This document shows positions 46,618 through 54,582 of a stretch of DNA of 64,000 nt, piece by piece. Position numbers and translations under genes: made by a program. The notes beneath the pieces were generated by a model. That model was not told the origin of the DNA and did no database searches. It was given only the letters and a program-made list of their open reading frames with translations. The number at the start of each line of letters is the position of its first letter. Position 1 is the first letter of the stretch. Source of the stretch: Gammaproteobacteria bacterium UBA7803 (GTDB taxonomy: Bacteria > Pseudomonadota > Gammaproteobacteria > Pseudomonadales > Azotimanducaceae); contig DLCH01000030.1 of assembly GCA_002480525.1 (NCBI GenBank), forward strand, positions 6,850 through 70,849, given 5' to 3'.

Positions 46618-47229
46618 ATGCAGGCACTGGAACCCGTGACGCTGGAGGGCTACGGCGTGCGCCTCGAGCCAATGACCGAGGACCACAAGGACGAGCTGCT
46701 CGAAGCCGCCGCCGACGGCGAGCTGTGGAAGCTGTGGTACACCAGCGTGCCGGGGCCGGACGGCCCCATCCGCGTCGAGGACTACGTCGCCGCCGCCCTG
46801 GCGGGCCTCGGCAACGGCACCATGCTGCCATGGGTCGTGCGCGACCCGGCCGACGGCACCCTGATCGGCACCAGCCGCTATCACGACGTCATCCCGGCGG
46901 CCCACCGGGTAGAGATCGGCTACACCTGGTACCGCGCCAGCCGCCAGCGCAGCCACGTCAACACCGCCTGCAAGCTGCTGCTGTTCGGGCACGCCTTCGA
47001 TACCCTCGGGTGCCGCGTCGTGGGCCTGCGGACCGACAACTTCAACTTCCGCTCCCAGCGTGCCATCGAGGGGCTGGGCGCCAAGCGCGACGGCGTGATC
47101 CGCCATCACGCGCCGCGCCCGGACGGCACGGTTCGGGACACGGTGATGTTCAGCGTGCTGGCCCAGGAGTGGCCCGACGTGCGCCGCCACCTGGAGTTCC
47201 GCCTGGCGCGGCACGCCGGCGGCGGCTGA
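46618..47229 (+). CDS. GNAT-family N-acetyltransferase (RimJ/RimL-like)
   Basis: 203 aa. VEIGYTWYRASRQRSHVNTACKLLLFGHAFDTLGCRVVGLRTDNFNFRSQRAIEGLGAKRDGV is the typical Acetyltransf_3 core. Confidence 0.85.
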   Translation: MQALEPVTLEGYGVRLEPMTEDHKDELLEAAADGELWKLWYTSVPGPDGPIRVEDYVAAALAGLGNGTMLPWVVRDPADGTLIGTSRYHDVIPAAHRVEIGYTWYRASRQRSHVNTACKLLLFGHAFDTLGCRVVGLRTDNFNFRSQRAIEGLGAKRDGVIRHHAPRPDGTVRDTVMFSVLAQEWPDVRRHLEFRLARHAGGG

Positions 47230-47235
47230 GTCCGA

Positions 47236-48381
47236 TCAGGCGTTCATCTCGTCGAGCACCGCCGGCAGCGCCTTGACGTAGCGCTTCACGTCCTCGAGCC
47301 GGCCCATGCTCACTCGGGACCAGTGGGTGTAGTCGCCGTAGATGCCGCGGATCAGCACGTTCCGCGCCGCCATCTTCTGACGGAAGATCTCCGCGTCGAG
47401 ATCGCCCAGGTTGACGAACACGAAGTTGGTCTGGGACGGCAGCGGCGTGAGCCCCACCTCGGTGGTGGCCTGGGTGACCATGTCCCGGGCCTCGATGATC
47501 TTCGACTTGGAGATCGCCAGGAAGCCGAAGTCGTTGTAGCTGGCGACGGCGGCGGCGACGCCAGCCTGGTTCATGGCGTAGTCGCCGAGGCCGAAGCGGT
47601 TCACCAGCTCGGTGTTCTCCGGCGAGGCGATCATGTAGCCGACCCGCATGCCGGCGAGGCCGTAGATCTTCGAGAAGGTGCGCGCCACCACGACGTCGTG
47701 GCCCTCCTTGATGAGCGGCACCATGGAGTTGTACTCGGGGTCTTCCGTGAGCTCGTTGTAGGCCTCGTCCACCAGCACCAGGCACTTCTTCGACGCCTTC
47801 CGGCAGAACGCCCGCAGCGCGTCGCCGTCGAGCAGCATCCCGGTGGGGTTGTTCGGGTTGGTGATCTGCACCATCGCCACGGAGTCGTCGATGGCCGCGT
47901 ACATGGCGTCCAGATCGATGCCCATGTCGGCCGTCCGCGCGGTCCGCACGATCTCGCCGCCCTGCTGCACCGCCTTCTTCACGGTGGTGTCCCAGAACAG
48001 ATCCGGCCCGAGGATGCTGCCCTGCTTGGACGCCGCCACGGCCAGGTAGGTGAGCACGCCGCTCGACCCGGCGCTCAGGCTGACCTGCTCCGGCGCAACG
48101 CCGTTGCGCTCGGCGATCATGGCCTTGAGCATGCCGACGGACTCGCCGACGTAGTAGGCGCCCTGGCCGCTGGCCGCGGCCATGGCTTCCAGAGCCGGTT
48201 TGCTGGGGCCGTAGGGGTTCTCGTTGGCGTTGAGCTTGGCGACCCCCGCCTTGGGGCCGAAGCTCGGCAGCGTCGCCGGCGAGGACGCCGCGGCGACGTG
48301 GACCGACGCGCCGAGAGCGCCGGCACCGGCCAGGGTCGCACCGCCGCCGAGAAAGAGTCGTCTGCTGACTGCGCTGTTCAT
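47236..48381 (-). CDS. Tat-signal-bearing class-II PLP aminotransferase (HisC/histidinol-phosphate aminotransferase-like)
   Basis: GAGGAG SD. Twin-arginine signal MNSAVSRRLFLGGGATLAGAGALGASVHVAAAS. NENPYGPS, NPNNPTG and the PLP-lysine context RTFSKIYGLAGMRVGY. Confidence 0.85.
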   Translation of the reverse strand: MNSAVSRRLFLGGGATLAGAGALGASVHVAAASSPATLPSFGPKAGVAKLNANENPYGPSKPALEAMAAASGQGAYYVGESVGMLKAMIAERNGVAPEQVSLSAGSSGVLTYLAVAASKQGSILGPDLFWDTTVKKAVQQGGEIVRTARTADMGIDLDAMYAAIDDSVAMVQITNPNNPTGMLLDGDALRAFCRKASKKCLVLVDEAYNELTEDPEYNSMVPLIKEGHDVVVARTFSKIYGLAGMRVGYMIASPENTELVNRFGLGDYAMNQAGVAAAVASYNDFGFLAISKSKIIEARDMVTQATTEVGLTPLPSQTNFVFVNLGDLDAEIFRQKMAARNVLIRGIYGDYTHWSRVSMGRLEDVKRYVKALPAVLDEMNA

Positions 48382-48392
48382 GGGTGTTCTCC

Positions 48393-49304
48393 TCAGGTCA
48401 CGTGAGTTGCTTTGTAGAACATCGCCACCGACACGGCGACGAGGTAGAGCCCGAACAGCCGCTTGAGATGGAGCTCGTTCAGGTTGTGAGCCAGGCGCGC
48501 GCCGAGCGGCGCCGTGAAGACCGACAGCGTGCTGATCGCCAGCAGCGCCGGAATGTTGATGTAGCCGAGGGACCCGGCCGGCAGGTTCGGCACGTCGAGG
48601 CCGAGCACCAGGAAACCCACCGCGCCCGGCAGGCCGATGATGAAGCCGACGCCGGCGGCGGTGGCCACGGCCTGGTGCACCGGACGCTTGCACAGCACCA
48701 TGGTGATCACCGTGATGGTGCCGCCGCCGATGCCGAGCAGGGCCGAGAAGCCGCCGAGGAACGAAGCGAGCCCCGCCCGGGCGGTGCCCCGCGGCAGCGT
48801 GAACGGATGACGGATGCGCGTGAACAGCTCCGGGAACAGGAAGTAGAAGGAATAGAACAGCACGCCCACGGCGAACACCATGAACAGCCGGCGGCCGTCG
48901 GTGATCGAGGCGATGTAGAGCCCCACCGCCACCCCGATCACCAGCCAGATCGACCAGTCGCGCAGCAGCTGGAAATCCACCGCGCCACGGCGGCTGTGGG
49001 CCTGCACCGAGCGCGCCGACGACACCACGATGGACGCCAGGGACGTGCCGATGGCGACGTAGATCAGCTCGGCGTCCGCGTCGCTGAACAGGGGCAGCAC
49101 CGCCAGCAGCGCCGGCACCACGACGAAACCGCCACCGTTGCCGAACAGCCCCGCCGTGAGCCCGGCGGCCGCGCCGGCCAGACACATGGCAACCACCAGC
49201 GCCACCAATTCGAGATCGATGCCGAGTCCTTCCACCGTCGCTTGCGGATCCCGCCCCCGAGAGTTTTCGTCGAGCGATACAAGGAGCGTGCCATTGCCAG
49301 GCAA
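48393..49304 (-). CDS. TauE/SafE-family anion exporter (sulfite exporter family permease)
   Basis: Multi-TM protein with paired GxGGG motifs (FGNGGGFVVVP and LLGIGGGTITV). Its stop lies 11 nt before the aminotransferase start. The exact start is uncertain. Confidence 0.75.
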   Translation of the reverse strand: MPGNGTLLVSLDENSRGRDPQATVEGLGIDLELVALVVAMCLAGAAAGLTAGLFGNGGGFVVVPALLAVLPLFSDADAELIYVAIGTSLASIVVSSARSVQAHSRRGAVDFQLLRDWSIWLVIGVAVGLYIASITDGRRLFMVFAVGVLFYSFYFLFPELFTRIRHPFTLPRGTARAGLASFLGGFSALLGIGGGTITVITMVLCKRPVHQAVATAAGVGFIIGLPGAVGFLVLGLDVPNLPAGSLGYINIPALLAISTLSVFTAPLGARLAHNLNELHLKRLFGLYLVAVSVAMFYKATHVT

Positions 49305-49377
49305 CGGCGGAAGATCGTGGAGAAATGCGGACTTGCAGGGCGCCGGCGGAGAACCGGGCGCCTCGTGCTGGTGCCGG

Positions 49378-49441
49378 TGCGCCCTTTGGGCGCATTAGAG
49401 TGCGCCCTTTGGGCGCACTAGAGCGCGCCGTTTCCGCGCGC
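49378..49441. repeat. Array of three tandem hairpins with TTT loops (second REP-like family)
   Basis: GTGCGCCC-TTT-GGGCGCA ttaga GTGCGCCC-TTT-GGGCGCAC taga GCGCGCCG-TTT-CCGCGCGC, with about 22-bp periodicity, lying between two minus-strand genes. Confidence 0.85.
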
Positions 49442-49465
49442 CGCCGGCACCAGCGTTGGGCGGGA

Positions 49466-49942
49466 TCAGCCGCGGCGGTAGGTACCCACCAGCCGGTTCA
49501 TGGCCACGACGTTGGGCTCGATGCGTTCGAGCAGCTCGCTCATGGAGAGACCCGGCTCGAGATCCGTCTCGGTGTCGAGCGCCAGCACCATGAAGAAGTA
49601 GTAGTGGGTGCCGTGCCCTTCCGGCGGCATCGGCCCGCCGTAGCCGGCTTTGCCGAAGTCGTTCTTCCCGCTGGTGTAGGCGTCGACGCCCTCCGCCAGC
49701 TCCGACACGGAGCCGGGAATGTTGTAGAGCACCCAGTGCACGAAGCCGTACTCGCCGGGCTTGATCAGCGGCGCGTCGGGGTCGTGGCAGATCACCGCGA
49801 AGGACTTGGCGTCATCGGGCGCACCCTGCCAGGCGAGCGCCGGCGACGAATCCTCGCCCTCGCCGGTGTGCTTCGCCGGAATCGCGCCACCGGTCTCGAA
49901 CGCCGGACTGGTGAGCTGCATGTCGGACAACGCGAATCCCAT
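49466..49942 (-). CDS. YbhB/YbcL (PEBP/Raf-kinase-inhibitor-like) family protein
   Basis: 158 aa. ICHDPDAP, FVHWVLYNIP and GYGGPMPPEGHGTHYYFFMVLALD are the canonical bacterial PEBP motifs. Confidence 0.85.
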   Translation of the reverse strand: MGFALSDMQLTSPAFETGGAIPAKHTGEGEDSSPALAWQGAPDDAKSFAVICHDPDAPLIKPGEYGFVHWVLYNIPGSVSELAEGVDAYTSGKNDFGKAGYGGPMPPEGHGTHYYFFMVLALDTETDLEPGLSMSELLERIEPNVVAMNRLVGTYRRG

Positions 49943-50074
49943 GAGTGCCTCCTGTGACTGGACGTGGCCGCTATCGTCGCACGACTCGGAGTCGATCTGT
50001 AGGTCACGCGTCCGGCCGGGTCCGCGGCGCGGCGGCTATACTCCGAGACGTCCATCGGTGAGAATCCGCGCCCC

Positions 50075-51019
50075 ATGAGCATCCGATTTCCCCGGGCGGG
50101 CCTGCTGCTGCGGGCCGTCCTGCTGCCGCTGCTGGCCGCCGCGCCGGGCACCGCGGCCACCGCACCGCCCGCACCCGAGGCCCTGGAGCTGGCGTCCGTG
50201 CACGCCGTGGTCATGGACGTGGAGACCGGCGACGTGGTGTTCCGCAAGCACGCCGACGTGGCGACGCCCATCGCATCGGTGACCAAGCTGATGACGGCCA
50301 TGGTGGTGCTCGACGGCGGCCAGCCCCTCGACGAGTGGCTCACCATCGTCGACTGGCCCCGGGAGCGCAGCAAGAACGCCTACTCGCGGCTGCGCATCGG
50401 CTCCGAGGCCCAGCGCCGGGAGCTGCTGCGCATCGCCCTCATGTCCTCGGAGAACCTCGCCACCAACGTGCTGGCGAGCCACTATCCCGGCGGCTTCGAC
50501 GCCTTCGTGGCGGCCATGAACGACAAGGCGCGGGCGCTCGGCATGAGTCGCAGCCAATTCGTCGATCCGGCGGGCCTGTCGCCGGACAACCGGGCCAGCG
50601 CGGCCGACGTCGCCCGCATGGTCCGCGCAGCCCACGGCTACCCGGACATCCGCGCGCTCAGCACCGGCTATCAGCACACCGCGCAGTTCCGCAGTCCGCG
50701 CTACACCCTGCCCTTCGGCAACACCAACCCCCTGGTGGCGAGCAGCCGCTGGACCCTGGGCCTGACCAAGACCGGCTACCTCCGCGAGGCGGGGCGCTGT
50801 CTCGCCATGGTGACGATGGTGGAGGACCGCCCCGTGGCCATCGTGCTGCTGGACGCCTTCGGCACCCGCACGCCCCTGGGCGACGCCGGACGGGTGCGCC
50901 GGTGGATGACCACCGGCCACGGCGGCAGCATCGCCGGGGCGGCCCGGGATTACGAGCGCCGCAAGGTCCGCGCCCTGCTCGAGGACGGCGGCGACGGCGT
51001 GACTGCGACGGCCCAGTAG
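50075..51019 (+). CDS. pbpG: D-alanyl-D-alanine endopeptidase (S11 penicillin-binding protein, PbpG-like)
   Basis: Signal peptide, SVTK (SxxK), SEN (SxN) and KTG motifs in the correct order. Confidence 0.85.
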   Translation: MSIRFPRAGLLLRAVLLPLLAAAPGTAATAPPAPEALELASVHAVVMDVETGDVVFRKHADVATPIASVTKLMTAMVVLDGGQPLDEWLTIVDWPRERSKNAYSRLRIGSEAQRRELLRIALMSSENLATNVLASHYPGGFDAFVAAMNDKARALGMSRSQFVDPAGLSPDNRASAADVARMVRAAHGYPDIRALSTGYQHTAQFRSPRYTLPFGNTNPLVASSRWTLGLTKTGYLREAGRCLAMVTMVEDRPVAIVLLDAFGTRTPLGDAGRVRRWMTTGHGGSIAGAARDYERRKVRALLEDGGDGVTATAQ

Positions 51020-51068
51020 GCGCCCCCGAACCGCCGGGGATCGGGCCCGGCGGGCCTCTCCGGCGCCG

Positions 51069-52133
51069 TCAGCCGAGCCGCTCTCCGTCCGAGTCGAAGA
51101 GACTCGCGGACGTGGCGGCCGCCACGAAGTTCTCACGCAGATGGGAGAACGCCTGGATGTCGGCATTGACCGCGTCCAGGCCGTGCTCCAGCACGAACGC
51201 GTAGCTGCGTTGAAACGGCGACAGCCCGGCCTCGAGCAGGCGCCGGTCGTAGTAGCGGTCGAAGGCGTCCGGATTGCCCCAGCCGAGCCACTGCCGGCCC
51301 GCCAGATAGCGGCCGGCCTTCATGCCGATCAGACCGATGCCGGCCGCCCGGGCGCGGTCGAGTTGGGGTCGCAGGTCCTTCATCGGCGGCGAGCCGGGCA
51401 GCACCTCCCGGGTCTCCCAGTCGTACCAGCCACCCGGGGTGATGGCCACCATGGCCAGATCGAACCGGCCGGTGTCGACCGCGGCGGCCAGCACCCGCTC
51501 GGCGTTCTGGTGGGTCGACAGCCCGAGATACGACACCTTGCCCGCGTCCCGGGCGCGCTCGAAGGCGCGGTGGATCTCCTCGCTGGCCACCACCCGCGGG
51601 TTGTTCGAGGCCATCAGGTAGTAGGCGTCCACGTGATCGACGCCCAGCTCCGCCAGGCTCTCGTCGAGCAGCGCCGACCAGCCGTCCGCAGCGCGCCTGA
51701 GCTGCGCGGCGGAAGGCTCGTCGTCCGGCCCGATGTCCCCGGGGACGATCGCCTTGGAGATGAGAAAGATGTCGTCCCGGCGCCGCCGGGCGAAGGGACC
51801 GAGATGCTTCTCGGCGTCGTCGTAGTAGTGCTTGTAGCCGACGTCGTAGACGTTGACGCCGGCGTCGAACGCGGTCTCCAGCAGATCGTCCCGGGGACGC
51901 GCCGACAGGGAGGCGCCGCAGCCGAAAATCAGCCGGCTGGCCTCGAAGCCGGTGCGCCCGAGGGTGCGGTATGCCATGCGCGGCCAGGGCAGCCCGCGGG
52001 CGTCGGCCTCCCGGGCCTCGAACCAGGCCGCGCGGACGCTGCCGGACCGCAGCAGCGCCTGGGTGGCCACGGCGGCGACGCTGGCGTAGCGGATGAACCG
52101 GCGGCGGCCGGCGGACTCGGGGCGATCGGCCAT
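51069..52133 (-). CDS. Aldo/keto reductase with twin-arginine (Tat) signal peptide
   Basis: MADRPESAGRRRFIRYASVAAVATQALL Tat-like leader, then an AKR core (YRTLGRTGFEASRLIFGCG, YLGLSTH, IGMK). Confidence 0.8.
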   Translation of the reverse strand: MADRPESAGRRRFIRYASVAAVATQALLRSGSVRAAWFEAREADARGLPWPRMAYRTLGRTGFEASRLIFGCGASLSARPRDDLLETAFDAGVNVYDVGYKHYYDDAEKHLGPFARRRRDDIFLISKAIVPGDIGPDDEPSAAQLRRAADGWSALLDESLAELGVDHVDAYYLMASNNPRVVASEEIHRAFERARDAGKVSYLGLSTHQNAERVLAAAVDTGRFDLAMVAITPGGWYDWETREVLPGSPPMKDLRPQLDRARAAGIGLIGMKAGRYLAGRQWLGWGNPDAFDRYYDRRLLEAGLSPFQRSYAFVLEHGLDAVNADIQAFSHLRENFVAAATSASLFDSDGERLG

Positions 52134-52228
52134 GGTTCCTCTCCCCGCGGAACGGTGCGGTCATTGTACGACCTGCACGCCGCGGGGACGATTCGACACT
52201 CGGACACGGCCCGCCCCGTCCGGCCGGA

Positions 52229-52465
52229 TCAGCGATCCGGCTCGGTGGGCTCGTCGTAGTCCCGGTGCAGCTCGGGATCCTCCTCCCGGGCCCGCTCGCG
52301 GCCGGCTTTCTCGGCCTCACGGGCCTCCTCCGGATCCTGCTCCCGGGCCTTTTCGGCGGCTTCATCGACCTTGCCGGACTCGACGAAATCCCGGGTGCTC
52401 TCGCGATAGTGGCGGTCCGCCTCGCGGTCACCCTCGCCCTGCTGCTGGTTGCGATCGTCGGCCAT
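52229..52465 (-). CDS. Small (78-aa) highly charged hydrophilic protein, unknown function
   Basis: GAGGAGG SD seven nt before the ATG. MADDRNQQQGEGDREADRHYRESTRDFVESGKVDEAAEKAREQDPEEAREAEKAGRERAREEDPELHRDYDEPTEPDR. Confidence 0.5.
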   Translation of the reverse strand: MADDRNQQQGEGDREADRHYRESTRDFVESGKVDEAAEKAREQDPEEAREAEKAGRERAREEDPELHRDYDEPTEPDR

Positions 52466-52595
52466 GTCGTGCCTCCTCGATTGCTGACGTGTTGCCCGTG
52501 ACCGGGCTTGGGTCCAGGATGCATGCAAGCGCCGTGCACAGCGGCAAGGGGGCGGCTCGCCCCCCGGAACAGCGACCGGCAGGAGGCGCGGACAC

Positions 52596-53104
52596 ATGAG
52601 TCGCATCGACGGCATCGACCCGGAACACGCCAGCGGCCCCATCGCGCGCGTGCTGGAGGCCCAGCGCGGGACCTGGGGCGCGCCGCTGGCCAACCACCTC
52701 GTCTATGCGCGGCGGCCGGACCTGTTCCGCGCCGTGCGCGGCATGTGGTCGGCCCTGGACAACGACGGCATTCTCGGCGCCGCGCTGGTCTGCCTGGTCA
52801 ACCGGCGGGTGGCAGCCCTGAACGGCTGCACGTTCTGACAGGACAGCGGCGCTGCGCCATCAACGCTGCCGTGTGCAGCGCCGAAGGCGTCCCGGACGCC
52901 AAGATCGACGCCCTGGCGGAGCACGAGACCTCACCCCTGTCCGACCGGGACGTCGACGACGCCCTGTTCGAGCGGGTGCTGGCGGCCTTCGGCGAGGCGG
53001 CGGTGATCGAGCTCACCGCCGTCATCGCCTGGGAGAACGCGTCGAGCAAGTTCAACCGCGCCCTGCGGATCGGCGCCCAGGGGCTGTGGCGGCGGTCGGA
53101 CTGA
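52596..53104 (+). pseudogene. Carboxymuconolactone decarboxylase (AhpD/CMD) family gene interrupted inside its CxxC motif (frameshift, apparent pseudogene or assembly error)
   Basis: Frame 0 reads 80 codons ending ...VNRRVAALNGCTF-TGA (52836-52838). Frame +2 continues ...CAINAAVCSAEGVPDAKIDALAEHETSPLSDRDVDDALFERVLAAFGEAAVIELTAVIAWENASSKFNRAL, a typical CMD C-terminal half. Removing 17 nt (52836-52852) gives one 163-aa ORF with NGCTFC. Confidence 0.6.
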
Positions 53105-53120
53105 ACCGCCGCCCCGAACT

Positions 53121-53921
53121 TCAGGAGGACACCACCGAGCCGCCGTCGCAGACGATGACGTCGCCGACCGTGAAGGCGCCCGCCCGCGAGCTGAGGAAGA
53201 TGGCGATGCCGGCGATGTCCTGGGGCGTTCCGACCCGGCCGCGCGGATTGCCTCTGCCCACCGCATCCCAGTCGGTGTTCTCCACGTCGCCGCGGCCGCC
53301 CACCCCGGTGCTCAGCATGTAGGTGGGGAACGGTCCCGGGGCGATGGCGTTGACCAGGATGTTCTCCTTCACCAGGTGCGCGGCCATCACCCGGGTGAGA
53401 TGGTGCACCGCCGCCTTGGACGGGCCGTAGGAGAAGGTCTCGAACACCGGCGTCTTGATGCCGTCGATGGAGCCGACGTTGATCACCCGCGCCGGATCGT
53501 CGGCGTCGGCGGCCTTGCGCAGCAGCGGCAGCAGCTTCTGGGTCAGGAAGAACACGCCCTTGACGTTGGTGTCCATCACCTTGTCCCAGCCGACCTCGGG
53601 GAACTCGTCCAGCGGCGCGCCCCAGGACACGCCCGCGTTGTTCACCAGGATGTCCAGCCGCTCCTCGCGGCGCGCGAGCTCCGCGGCGAAGGCCTCGATG
53701 CCGTCCAGTTCCGCCAGGTTGGCGGGCAGGGAGATGCACTCGCCACCGAACTGCTCGGACAGCCGGCGCGCGGTCTCGTCGCAGATCTCCGCTTTGCGCG
53801 AGCTGATGTAGACCTTCGCGCCGGCGGCCAGAAACCCCGCGGCGATCATCTCGCCGATGCCCCGGGACCCGCCGGTCACCACGGCCACCTTGCCTTCGAT
53901 GGAAAACAGATCGTCGAACAT
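53121..53921 (-). CDS. Short-chain dehydrogenase/reductase, RhlG-like
   Basis: VAVVTGGSRGIGEMIA, DILVNNAGVSWGAPL and YGPSKAAVHHL, plus RhlG-like DDPARVINVGSIDG. 266 aa from MFDDLFS. Confidence 0.85.
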   Translation of the reverse strand: MFDDLFSIEGKVAVVTGGSRGIGEMIAAGFLAAGAKVYISSRKAEICDETARRLSEQFGGECISLPANLAELDGIEAFAAELARREERLDILVNNAGVSWGAPLDEFPEVGWDKVMDTNVKGVFFLTQKLLPLLRKAADADDPARVINVGSIDGIKTPVFETFSYGPSKAAVHHLTRVMAAHLVKENILVNAIAPGPFPTYMLSTGVGGRGDVENTDWDAVGRGNPRGRVGTPQDIAGIAIFLSSRAGAFTVGDVIVCDGGSVVSS

Positions 53922-54164
53922 GCGTCTCTCCCTCGTTCGTTGCGGTGCGGCTGGGCGGGCCAGCTCGTCGACTGCGCCAGGCCGTCTGCCACGGCCGGCA
54001 GCGCGAACCATGCCCGAAATGCGGTCCGGCGGCCACCGGGACGGTCGGCCCCCGGGCCGATTTGCCCGCGCGCGGCCGCAGCACTATCTTGCCCGCCTGA
54101 TGGCGACGTCCCGCGGACCGACCGCGGCACGCGGCCGACACAGCAGGCTGACCGGAAATCGACC

Positions 54165-54518
54165 ATGGCCAGAAAAGGCGGCGGACTCGTCTACTCCACC
54201 GATGGCGGCACCATGTGCCCCGGCTGTCTCCGGCCCCGCCCGGAGTGCGTGTGCCGCGACCGGTCCCGCCCGCGCGGCGACGGGGTGGTGCGCGTGTCCC
54301 GCGAGACCAAGGGCCGCAAGGGCGCCGGCGTGACGCTGGTGACTGGCCTGCCGCTGCCGGAATCAGAGCTCAAGGCGTTCGCCAAACGCCTGAAGGCGCG
54401 CTGCGGCGTCGGCGGCGCGGTCAAGGACGGCGTCATCGAGCTGCAGGGTGATCAGCGCGACAAGCTGCTGCCCCTGCTCGAGGCGGAAGGGTTCCCGGCG
54501 AAGCGGGCCGGCGGCTGA
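54165..54518 (+). CDS. yciH: Translation initiation factor SUI1/eIF1-like protein YciH
   Basis: 117 aa. LVYSTDGG...CPGC...VRVSRETKGRKGAGVTLVTGL...LKARCGVGGAVKDGVIELQGDQRDKL is the typical YciH pattern. Confidence 0.85.
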   Translation: MARKGGGLVYSTDGGTMCPGCLRPRPECVCRDRSRPRGDGVVRVSRETKGRKGAGVTLVTGLPLPESELKAFAKRLKARCGVGGAVKDGVIELQGDQRDKLLPLLEAEGFPAKRAGG

Positions 54519-54582
54519 CCCGCCAGGGCCGACAAGCCCCGCCGCGGCCGGTTAGAATGCCCGACGGATCCGGGGAGGTTTC

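Noticed and set aside
47236-49395. 719-aa ORF apparently fusing the aminotransferase to a long N-terminal domain
   Set aside because: The N-terminal 338 codons overlap the TauE permease gene in a different frame and are Arg/Gly/Pro-rich. A GAGGAG SD and a Tat signal define the start at 48381.
52836-52838. TGA at the second Cys position of the AhpD-like CxxC as a selenocysteine codon
   Set aside because: It is tempting because CxxU AhpD-like selenoproteins exist. However, reading through the TGA in frame gives Pro/Ser/Arg-rich nonsense, while the conserved C-terminal half lies in the +2 frame. I see no convincing SECIS hairpin at the proper distance. A 17-nt insertion or frameshift explains the data better.
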